Positions 10,301-17,587 of a stretch of 64,000 nt of DNA are shown here, one piece after another. The translations under genes and the position numbers were made by a program. Within the stretch, counting starts at the first letter, position 1, and every line of letters starts with the position of its first letter. The notes under the pieces were generated by a model. That model was given only the letters and a program-made list of their open reading frames with translations. It ran no database searches and was not told where the DNA came from. This DNA is from Opitutia bacterium (GTDB lineage: Bacteria; Verrucomicrobiota; Verrucomicrobiia; Opitutales; T3Sed10-336). The stretch lies in assembly GCA_050506795.1 (NCBI GenBank), contig JBJHCF010000017.1, positions 1 to 64,000 of the forward strand. Reading direction: 5' to 3'.

Positions 10301-11143
10301 CATTATGTCGGGGTCAGCGGTCCCGCAGTCTTTCATCGACTCTGGGCTCGCGAATACGCCAATGGAGCCGAGGTAACACTCGGAGGCGCTTCCGCCGCCG
10401 GACCCGGAGCGGCGTGGTTGCCCCCGGGCACCAACAATTACTTTGTATTGCTGGGTGATGCCCGGACGGGTTTGGATACGTTCTACACCATGGAAGCAAC
10501 CGGAGCCTGGAATGGCGCGGACGCGACGCTGTCATTTACGCTTACCGATGCCAACGGGTTCAGCCGAACGGTTCAGACGACCGTTTCCGGCGACTTTGAA
10601 GGACGGAGTGAATTCGGCTTGGCGGTGCGTCATCCGGACCCGTCCGGTGAAACCGCCGAATTCGCACCGATCTGGGAGATAGTCGGTCTGGCCATGGAGC
10701 CGTTCGAAGAGGTCATCATCGATTTCACCAACTTCCAGGAATGGCGTGAGGAACATTTCGAGGGACAACTTGATAACCTCGAAGTGAGCGGACCCAACGC
10801 GAATCCCGTCGGAGACGGAGTGCCCAATCTCTTGAAGTACGCCCTGGGCCTGTCGCCGTGGGTTCCGGCCGCTTCCGGGGATCTGCCGCGGATCGTTCCC
10901 GACGGAAACAACATCCTCATCCTGATTTACCAGGAGCGGACCGATATCGAGGATATCGCGTACGTGCCCCAGGTGTCGGAAGATCTTGGCGGCGGCGCCT
11001 GGAACGAAGGTGCGCCGCATGTGGTGGAGATATTCCGCGGCCCTGGTGATTCGGCGAACACACAGGAGGTCCGGGTTCGGGGAGAGGTTTCGCAGGGTGC
11101 GCAACGCGGCTTCCTGCGGTTGGAGGTAAGGTTGGTGGAATAG
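7310..11143 (+). CDS. Large acidic secreted multidomain protein A (LamG-like, unnamed beta modules, MAM/immune-inhibitor-A-like domain, C-terminal sorting-like domain)
   Basis: Signal peptide from ATG 7310; LamG-like signature (WDLNEGLG...GDSSGSGNDGTIEGARW); FSEDFETG...GWYIDAV domain; C-terminal GDGVPNLLKYALG...RGFLRLEV. Confidence 0.85.
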   Translation: MTKRTKFTNPSPSLRLASIVLVLSSLLLAIQSPLDAQHNGIEPALEFNNPGDQILIPGGITVPAGSDFEFSVWLFPRSWEGNNPGLWRAVGNGDFFNIFQGATGRPWIRWGPGNNILQPADGYSVPLNEWTQVRYVITSGESAQFYTRGPGEENWTLRHSANHSVETPEFTFTTYGWQSSQAERVVGIHNRIEFRIDGEPIIQWDLNEGLGASIAGDSSGSGNDGTIEGARWVDTTGASLRLVSEMPFDFRFGSVRLVNVRDDIGSGRIEVGVAAAGELPFTDADIAITSLPAELDGKVALRTANSEASWLFDGAATPITEIEWTYIDAVPDLDAEGNPIPGANTTLADGSGQFQPDYEAGPPGGDGWGLRAFANNGTILQAFGGVLDSRPELKTTIRDLEPGKVYPVTATFWRDPSLWTIRAGLRYGNDLYENELFNPNHGSAYDANTFEWTDSVLTLEGNRTMYVAFLGNAVADENGEIDVFIHDVPTGDQAQRTWYDGVAVGSAPFIRSGTYLAFEVDRDTTVYVINHPSSEPAWLTSSFSATGMTVETTAGTFDVWERAVSARDLIVLPGNGGEVTDPNYWVVLGEGQDAITDGLENNFIAAPDADWNIGSFSWGATSDPEAEPHTASLSAEVGGFNPESGFRLTSTLRVPRLQQEGANSVGFLLLGDEEGDAAVRAEWLPRMSGGGSVIRFVDPGSSAVLAEESWTGLVPTATDNDVGVSAGASEVVFSAGSPVFAEDEATVVFSEDFETGGAGWTTGANNAAVDQWEIGVPTSGPGSAFSGSNVAATNLDGVYTTGGVFDTIAWLRTPEIDLREFGSATLRFHEFLDVDQFELEVDGEIQIFHFATVTVLEAGTLNVLGEVAMYNDEIFSWTERVLDLSVGAGNQIIIEFGLNTDEIEDDVGDGWYIDAVEVTATGIQIQSLPVELASDGVLNGVSTTSAGVDDSSDNYLQFTVEDRGVSGNEGVSVYVAWDVRASGLEPDWLTQNFQRTDHYVGVSGPAVFHRLWAREYANGAEVTLGGASAAGPGAAWLPPGTNNYFVLLGDARTGLDTFYTMEATGAWNGADATLSFTLTDANGFSRTVQTTVSGDFEGRSEFGLAVRHPDPSGETAEFAPIWEIVGLAMEPFEEVIIDFTNFQEWREEHFEGQLDNLEVSGPNANPVGDGVPNLLKYALGLSPWVPAASGDLPRIVPDGNNILILIYQERTDIEDIAYVPQVSEDLGGGAWNEGAPHVVEIFRGPGDSANTQEVRVRGEVSQGAQRGFLRLEVRLVE

Positions 11144-11170
11144 CTATCAAGGTGATGTTTCACAGTAAAT

Positions 11171-11202
11171 GCCGGGGTTGTCTTGGGTAAGGTGGCCCCG
11201 GC
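11171..11202 (+). terminator. Stem-loop after gene A (no U-tract; terminator or mRNA stabiliser)
   Basis: GCCGGGGTTGTCTT-GGGT-AAGGTGGCCCCGGC pairs with G-U wobble. Confidence 0.45.
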
Positions 11203-11365
11203 CCATTACATCGGTATCTCCCGAAACACTATTCACGCGGCCTTTATACGGCAGATGAAAGACTTGATCCGTTTGTTAGTCATGAGCGTTTTTTATTGGT
11301 TTTTTAAGAGAAACTCCTAACCTGATTCCACTGGAACCCAAAAACCAAAGAACCAAAGGAAAAAT

Positions 11366-14300
11366 ATGAAAGACCTCACTGCACACACATTGGCAGGATT
11401 GCTGTTGGCGGCTTTGCTGGTGTTTGCTTCCGCGTTGTCAGCCCAGGAACCGATTACCTACGTTGACGCGACCCATGGGCCGGATGGAAACACGACGATG
11501 CTCGACGGCAGCGTATGGAACCCGCTGGAAGGCGATAGTGCGGAGGGTTTTTGGACAACTCGTCCCGGATTTGGCAACAACGGCCTCGTTTATCAGAATG
11601 CCGGCGGCGCCTTCATTCAGTCCAACGACGCCCATCCGATCGTCACCTCGGTAACCGGCCTTCCGGAAGGTCGGTATGATGTGTTCGTGTACTTCTGGGC
11701 GGACCCAAGTGCATGGCGGATCCGGGCCGCGCTGGCCGAAGGCGACGGCGATTGGCCGCTGTTTATCGCCCGAAGCGAAGGAGTTACTCAGTTTTACTTC
11801 GGCGATGATGCGACGGTCTTCAGTCCCTCCCTGGAAGACGACCCGTTTGCCGCGAGCGCTGACAATGATGGCCAGGGCATCATGATCGGGGAAGGCAACC
11901 GCCGCCTGTTCCAGGCGTATGTGGGGACGGTCTCCGGTACGGAGATCAATGTGTTTATTGATGATGGTCCGGCGCCCGGCCAGGCGCAACGTACGTGGTA
12001 TGATGGTATCGGATACGCGCCGGCGGCGCCGCGGGAGATGGACCTGCCCTTTGTCGCGGATTTCGGTTCGGTGAGGTTCATTGATATTATCGATCAGGTG
12101 ACCGAGGAGCCGTTTCAGCTCGAGCCCGTCACGGAGGGCGGTACGATGTTCGCGGGCAACGACAATACGGTAACCTCCCTTCCCGCCGAACTGGCGGGCA
12201 ACCTCGCGTTCAAGACCCTGAACCTGGACCAGGAAGTCGTTTTGCGATTCGGCGGCCCGGAAATCACCCGGGTGGAAACCAACGTACCGACCAATGACCT
12301 CGAGTATCCATTGTCGTTCGGGATCTGGGTCAACCGGTTCGATGAGCCGTTCGCCGGCAGAAACAAGTTATTCGGTTGGTTTGAGCCCGGTGCCACCAAC
12401 CGCGGGGAAGTGGAGATCGTGCCCGGTGAAAACCTGCTGAGGCTGGTTTGGTGGGGAGGAGGCCCCAACATCACCGTTTCTCCTCCGCCATCCACGAATG
12501 CCTGGGTGCATATCGGTGTGGTGATTACCCCCGAAACCGCCCGGATGTACGTGGACGGTGTTGAAGTCGGCGCGTTGGGCGAAGGGGTGGAGCCCTGGGG
12601 ACTGACCGCTGACACACACCTCTGGATCGGCGCCAGGAACGACGGGTCGGAAACCAGCCATACGGGGTGGATGAAGGACTGGGTCCTCTACGACGAGGAT
12701 ATCGGAGCCGAAGGCATGCAGCAGCTTGCCGACGGAGAAATTCCCGCGGGAGCGTTGCTGCAACACTTTCCCATGAACGAAGCCGAGGGAACCGTCGTTT
12801 TCGATCAGTCGGGCAACGACGTCCATGGCGACCTTATTGGACCCTTCGTCTGGGAAGATACGGTACCGGTCAGTGACGATCTGGAATTGGGGATCGGCTT
12901 TGTCACGGATCGCGACATCACCGTTTATCTGGCGATGGACGAAAACATGGATATCCCCCTCTGGATGCAGAATAGCTATACCAACAGCGGCCTCAAGGTC
13001 GAGACGACCGCCGGAGATTTCGACCTGTGGCAACGCGATTTCGGCGCCCGTGAGCAAGTATCGTTGCCGGCGGTCGTGAGAGGAGCGGGTGAGAATAACC
13101 GTTGGGTGATCCTGAGCGAGGGTCCGGACGCCATCACCGGAGATCCGGAGGGTAGCTTCCTGTCATTGCCGACGGGCGACTGGAGCACCGGGAGCTTTTT
13201 CCGGCAAGCGAGCAGTTTTCCTGATGATGAACTCCATGCCGCTTCCATGACCGCCGAGATGCGCAATTTTCTTCCCGAAAGCGGATTTCGCCTGAGTTCG
13301 ACCGTTCGCGTTCCCCGCTTGCAGGACGAGGGCGACAATGCCATCGGGTTTCACTTGCTGGGCGGGAACGGTCACGCGATTCGCGCGGAATGGCTTCCCC
13401 GTTTGAGCGGTGGGGATTCCGTAATTCGGTTTGTCGACATGAGCAACGACGAGGTTCTCGCACAGGAATCCTGGACCGGCCTGGCGCCGACCAGGACCGA
13501 CAATGAGGTCGGCGTCTCCGACGGGGCGTTTGAAACCGTCTATTCGGTAGGCACCCCGGTCTTCGTGGAGGATATGGAAAGTGTCGTCTTCTCGGAAGAC
13601 TTCGAAACCGGAGGAGCGGGATGGACGATGGGAAGCGACGCCCCGGCGGTCGATCAGTGGGAAATCGGAGTACCGACCAGCGGCCCCGGCAGTGCGTTTA
13701 GCGGCAACAACGTGGCCGCGACGAATCTCGATGGCGTTTACACGACCGGAGGGATTCAAAACACCATTGCCTGGCTGCGTTCTCCCGAGATCGATCTGCG
13801 TAACAACAGCGGTGCGACGCTTCGATTCCATGAGTATCTGGACGTGGACGAGCTTGAGATCAACGAAGAGCTCTTTCACTTCGTCACAGTGAGGGTGCTG
13901 GAAGCGGACAGCCTGAACCAGCTGGCGCAATTGGCGGTGTACAACACCGGAATTTCCTCGTGGACCGAACGCGTACTGGACCTTTCCGTTGCCGCGGGCA
14001 ACCGGGTCGTCCTTCAATTCGGGTTGCATACCGACGAGGTCGACGACGATGTCGGGGACGGATGGTACATCGACGCCGTCGAAGTGACCGCGACCGGAAA
14101 TCAAGTGGTGCGCATGCCGGAGAATCTGGCGCTTGACGGAACCCTGAATGGGATCTCCACCGAACGTGCCGGAGTTGACGACGACAGCGACAACCACCTC
14201 CAATTCACCGTGGAGGACCGCGGGGTATCCGGTAACGAAGGGGTTACCGTTTATGTCGCCTGGGATATTCGTGCCTCGAGTATGGAGCCTGACTGGCTGA

Positions 14301-15166
14301 CGCAGAACTTTACCCGCACCGACCATTTTGTGGGGGTCAGTAGTGCCGCGGGCTTCCATCGCCTCTGGGCGCGTGAGTACGCGGATGGCGAACAGGTGAC
14401 CCTTGGCGGCGCCTCCGCCGCCGGCCCCGGGTCGGCAGGACTGCCGGCCGGCACCAGTAACTACTTCGTGCTCTTGGGGGACGCCCGTTCGGGGCTGGAA
14501 ACGCTCTACACCCTGGAAGCGACGGGGAGTTGGGAGGACGACGAAGGGACGCTCACCTTTACGGTGACCGATGCCAATGGGGTGAGCCAATCCGTTCAGA
14601 CGATGGTCACCGGCGATATGGTGGGCCGAAACGAATTCGGTGTGGCGGTACGCCATCCCGACGCCAATGGTGGAACGGTCGAGTTTGCGCCGATCTGGGA
14701 TATCTTCAGTCTGGCCATGGAGGCCTACGAGGAGGTCATCATAGATCTTACCAACTTCCAGGAATGGCGTGAGGAACACTTCGAGGGACAACTCGATAAC
14801 CCGGAAGTGAGCGGACCCAACGCGGATCCGGCCGGAGACGGAGTGCCGAACCTGCTGAAATACGCGCTGGGCCTGTCGCCGTGGGTTCCCGCGGCTGCCG
14901 GGGATCTGCCCCGGATCGTTCCCGACGGAGATAACATCCTCATCCTGGTGTACCAGGAACGGATCGACATCGACGACATCGCTTACGTGCCACAGGTAGC
15001 GGAAGATCTTGACGGAGACGCCTGGAACGAAGGTACCCCGCACGTGGTGGAAATATTCCGCGGCCCGGGTGATTCGGCGAACACACAGGAGGTCCGGGTT
15101 CGGGGTCAGGTTTCGCAGGGTGCGCCACGCGGCTTCCTGCGGTTGGAAGTGAGGTTGGTGGAGTAA
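11366..15166 (+). CDS. Large acidic secreted multidomain protein B, paralogue of A
   Basis: Signal peptide (ALSA-QE); LamG signature (WVHIGVV...MYVDGVEV...HFPMNEAEGTVVFDQSGN); C-terminal ~680 aa collinear with A. Confidence 0.88.
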   Translation: MKDLTAHTLAGLLLAALLVFASALSAQEPITYVDATHGPDGNTTMLDGSVWNPLEGDSAEGFWTTRPGFGNNGLVYQNAGGAFIQSNDAHPIVTSVTGLPEGRYDVFVYFWADPSAWRIRAALAEGDGDWPLFIARSEGVTQFYFGDDATVFSPSLEDDPFAASADNDGQGIMIGEGNRRLFQAYVGTVSGTEINVFIDDGPAPGQAQRTWYDGIGYAPAAPREMDLPFVADFGSVRFIDIIDQVTEEPFQLEPVTEGGTMFAGNDNTVTSLPAELAGNLAFKTLNLDQEVVLRFGGPEITRVETNVPTNDLEYPLSFGIWVNRFDEPFAGRNKLFGWFEPGATNRGEVEIVPGENLLRLVWWGGGPNITVSPPPSTNAWVHIGVVITPETARMYVDGVEVGALGEGVEPWGLTADTHLWIGARNDGSETSHTGWMKDWVLYDEDIGAEGMQQLADGEIPAGALLQHFPMNEAEGTVVFDQSGNDVHGDLIGPFVWEDTVPVSDDLELGIGFVTDRDITVYLAMDENMDIPLWMQNSYTNSGLKVETTAGDFDLWQRDFGAREQVSLPAVVRGAGENNRWVILSEGPDAITGDPEGSFLSLPTGDWSTGSFFRQASSFPDDELHAASMTAEMRNFLPESGFRLSSTVRVPRLQDEGDNAIGFHLLGGNGHAIRAEWLPRLSGGDSVIRFVDMSNDEVLAQESWTGLAPTRTDNEVGVSDGAFETVYSVGTPVFVEDMESVVFSEDFETGGAGWTMGSDAPAVDQWEIGVPTSGPGSAFSGNNVAATNLDGVYTTGGIQNTIAWLRSPEIDLRNNSGATLRFHEYLDVDELEINEELFHFVTVRVLEADSLNQLAQLAVYNTGISSWTERVLDLSVAAGNRVVLQFGLHTDEVDDDVGDGWYIDAVEVTATGNQVVRMPENLALDGTLNGISTERAGVDDDSDNHLQFTVEDRGVSGNEGVTVYVAWDIRASSMEPDWLTQNFTRTDHFVGVSSAAGFHRLWAREYADGEQVTLGGASAAGPGSAGLPAGTSNYFVLLGDARSGLETLYTLEATGSWEDDEGTLTFTVTDANGVSQSVQTMVTGDMVGRNEFGVAVRHPDANGGTVEFAPIWDIFSLAMEAYEEVIIDLTNFQEWREEHFEGQLDNPEVSGPNADPAGDGVPNLLKYALGLSPWVPAAAGDLPRIVPDGDNILILVYQERIDIDDIAYVPQVAEDLDGDAWNEGTPHVVEIFRGPGDSANTQEVRVRGQVSQGAPRGFLRLEVRLVE

Positions 15167-15274
15167 ATCAGGTTTAGACCGCTCCTTTCATTCGGCGCCC
15201 GGGTCCCCGTCAGGAGGCCCGGGCGTTGCTGCGTTGCGAGCAGTGCCAATGATCGCCCGGACCTTTTTGATTTT

Positions 15275-15288
15275 GGCAACGATGTGCC
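15275..15288 (+). promoter_or_regulatory. Putative LacI-type operator upstream of PEP-CTERM gene
   Basis: GGCAACGATGTGCC; weaker ACCAACGATCAGTG at 15319-15332. Confidence 0.6.
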
Positions 15289-15496
15289 GGATTGATATGT
15301 CGACTTTTGGTTTTGAATACCAACGATCAGTGGTACTGCGAATTCACTAGGAGAGATTTCGATGCCCCATTGGGTAACCGCTGGAATCAGCAAACTCCCA
15401 GTTAAACATCGGTCCTCTGCGAAAGCTCAATCTGCATCGGCAGATCAAAAAAACGGTTCAGGTATCCATAAAAACAAAAAATCAGGCTTAAATTCT

Positions 15497-16222
15497 ATGA
15501 ATAGAATCAAACTAACAGGTTTGGGTGGGTGTTTGGCGGCATTGACGATTTTCGCTTATACCGCCTCGGCCCAGACATTCCTCCCCATCACCTATGTCGA
15601 CGCCACCCATGGCGCTGGCGGGAACACGACGATGATTGACGGCAGCGTGTGGAATGCGGCTACCAGTGCTACGGCAGGAGAATGGCTCGTTCGTGGCTTC
15701 GGCAATAACACGACCATCTATGAGAACGGCGGCAACGAAGTGGCAGAGACTGGGGACAACGCCCACCCTTTGCGGACCAATGTAAGCGGACTGAACGCGG
15801 ACACGTATGACGTATTCGTGTATTTCTGGTCGGATGTTCCCAATAATGGGTGGAGGATTCGGGCGTCGTTGACCGAGGGGGATGGCGATTGGCCGCTTTA
15901 CACTCCTGCGACTGAAGGGGTGGTGCAGTTCTACGATGGAGGGGATGCAACGATCTTCAGTTCTTCCCTGGCTGAAAACCCGTTTACCGGTGACGTTATG
16001 GTAGCGGAAGGCAATCGTCGTTTGTTCCAGGCCCATGTCGGAACGTTCACCGGCACCGAGTTCAGCGTCTTTATTAACGACGGTCCGTCTACCACCAACA
16101 ATGATCGCACATGGTACGACGGTGTAGGTTACTCGGTGGTTCCCGAGCCGAGCACGTATGCCTTGTTTGCAGGCTTGGGGGTCTTTGCCCTCATCGTACT
16201 TCGCAGACGGCTGCGCCGGTAG
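15497..16222 (+). CDS. PEP-CTERM (exosortase-sorted) surface protein
   Basis: Signal peptide from ATG 15497 (ASA-QT); C-terminal VPEPSTYA + TM helix + RRRLRR. Confidence 0.93.
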   Translation: MNRIKLTGLGGCLAALTIFAYTASAQTFLPITYVDATHGAGGNTTMIDGSVWNAATSATAGEWLVRGFGNNTTIYENGGNEVAETGDNAHPLRTNVSGLNADTYDVFVYFWSDVPNNGWRIRASLTEGDGDWPLYTPATEGVVQFYDGGDATIFSSSLAENPFTGDVMVAEGNRRLFQAHVGTFTGTEFSVFINDGPSTTNNDRTWYDGVGYSVVPEPSTYALFAGLGVFALIVLRRRLRR

Positions 16223-16245
16223 GTTGTAAAGCCGGTTGGTTTTTT

Positions 16246-16280
16246 CAGAGAGCCGTCGCCATTAAGGTGACGGCTCTCTG
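16246..16280. terminator. Strong hairpin downstream of PEP-CTERM gene
   Basis: CAGAGAGCCGTCGCC-ATTAA-GGTGACGGCTCTCTG. Confidence 0.7.
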
Positions 16281-16459
16281 CGTTTGCGCGGGGATGACAA
16301 ACGCCCTGGGATAGTTTGAGAGCCGGAATCGAAGTTGGGAATGCGTTTCTGCTCCCTGGAGGTCGGCGCTCCCGCACTGGCGGCCAGGCCCTCCAGGGGA
16401 ATGGCAGATGCGATTTGGCGATGCGCTTTGAATTCATCGCCTTAACCGTCCCGTCCGGG

Positions 16460-17380
16460 CTACGCGGGATTGGGTAACGCGGTTGGCCGTCGCGCGTCCC
16501 GGATCTGGGTGGCGGTGTAAAGGATTAAGCCGGCCCAGATGAGAGCGAAGGTGATGGCGTGGGTTGTTGTGAAGGTCTCTTTGAACCAGAAGACCCCGAT
16601 CAGGAGTTTGATCGTCGGGGCGCAGTACTGCAGAAACCCGATCATGGACAGGGGAATCCGTTTGGTGGCCAGAGCGAAAAGGAGCAGAGGAAGGATGGTG
16701 GCCAGTCCGCCCCCGATGAGGAGGAGGCCGGTTCGGTCCGCGGAAAACGAGCCGGCGCCGGATTGGTGAATCCAGGCCAGGTAGACGCCGGCGATGGGCA
16801 GAACCAGGAGCGTTTCCAGGGTCAGACCCACCACCGGGCCGAGACGGCTGATTTTCTTGAAAAGACCATAGGCACCGAACGAAAAAGCGAGGCTCAGGGC
16901 GATCCAGGGAACCGACCCGAAATTGACGGCCATGTAGGCGACGCCGGAACAGGCGAATGCGATGGCCAACCACTGAACCCTGGAAAAACGCTCCTGCAGA
17001 AAGATCATACCGAGCAGGATGCTCAGCAGCGGATTGATATAATACCCCAGGCTCGCCTCGACGATGTGTTCGTTGGTGACCGCCCAAATGTAGACTCCCC
17101 AATTGACCGAAACCGCGATGCCGGCCGCGAATACTCCCAACGCTTTGCGGTAATCCCGCGCGAGAGACCGAAACTCCTGGAAAAAGTGCCCGTAACCGTT
17201 TAAAAAACCGAGCAACACTCCCAGCAACACCGCGGACCAAACGATTCGATGGGCGAGTACTTCCCATGCGGGAACACCTTCGATCGTTTTCCAGTACAAC
17301 GGCAGAAAGCCCCACAGCATATACGCCAGCGTGGCAAAGACGATCCCGGTCCTTTTCTGGTTAACGATAACGCCCGACAC
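16460..17380 (-). CDS. rarD: EamA/DMT transporter RarD
   Basis: LWGFLPLYWK, EVLAHRIVWS, EASLGYYINPL, IGFLQYCAPT motifs. Confidence 0.92.
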   Translation of the reverse strand: MSGVIVNQKRTGIVFATLAYMLWGFLPLYWKTIEGVPAWEVLAHRIVWSAVLLGVLLGFLNGYGHFFQEFRSLARDYRKALGVFAAGIAVSVNWGVYIWAVTNEHIVEASLGYYINPLLSILLGMIFLQERFSRVQWLAIAFACSGVAYMAVNFGSVPWIALSLAFSFGAYGLFKKISRLGPVVGLTLETLLVLPIAGVYLAWIHQSGAGSFSADRTGLLLIGGGLATILPLLLFALATKRIPLSMIGFLQYCAPTIKLLIGVFWFKETFTTTHAITFALIWAGLILYTATQIRDARRPTALPNPA

Positions 17381-17474
17381 GGTACCGGTTAAATCAGACC
17401 TATCCCGGCGGCGCGAGGATCTTGAGGGATTAAATCCAACGACGCTCGCGCTGGCCGAATTCTCTGCCTAACCC

Positions 17475-17577
17475 GAATGGCATTCGGTTAAGCGAAAAGT
17501 AGAACACGCTTCCAGCGTGTTGCCTCAGGCTGGAAGCCTAAGCTACTTTAACCGACCGCCTTAACTGAGCGCCATTC
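17475..17577. mobile_element. ~103-bp MITE with IS4-like terminal inverted repeats and an internal REP doublet
   Basis: TIRs GAATGGCATTCGGTTAAG (17475-17492) and CTTAACTGAGCGCCATTC (17560-17577); flanking direct repeats TGCCTAACCC / CGCCTAACCC; internal GTAG...CTAC element 17499-17546. Confidence 0.75.
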
Positions 17578-17587
17578 CGCCTAACCC

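Noticed and set aside
8041..10460. Inteins as the explanation for in-frame insertions
   Set aside because: The inserts lack the N-terminal Cys/Ser and C-terminal His-Asn splice motifs and resemble extracellular beta-sandwich domains.
15274..15288. Sigma-54 promoter (TGGCA...TGC) upstream of the PEP-CTERM gene
   Set aside because: Spacing is GG-N9-GC rather than the required GG-N10-GC; the site matches the shared operator motif instead.
16354..16398. Possible ncRNA between the PEP-CTERM gene and rarD
   Set aside because: An inverted repeat (CCCTGGAGG...CCTCCAGGG) with a REP-like fragment is present, but nothing supports a defined RNA family.
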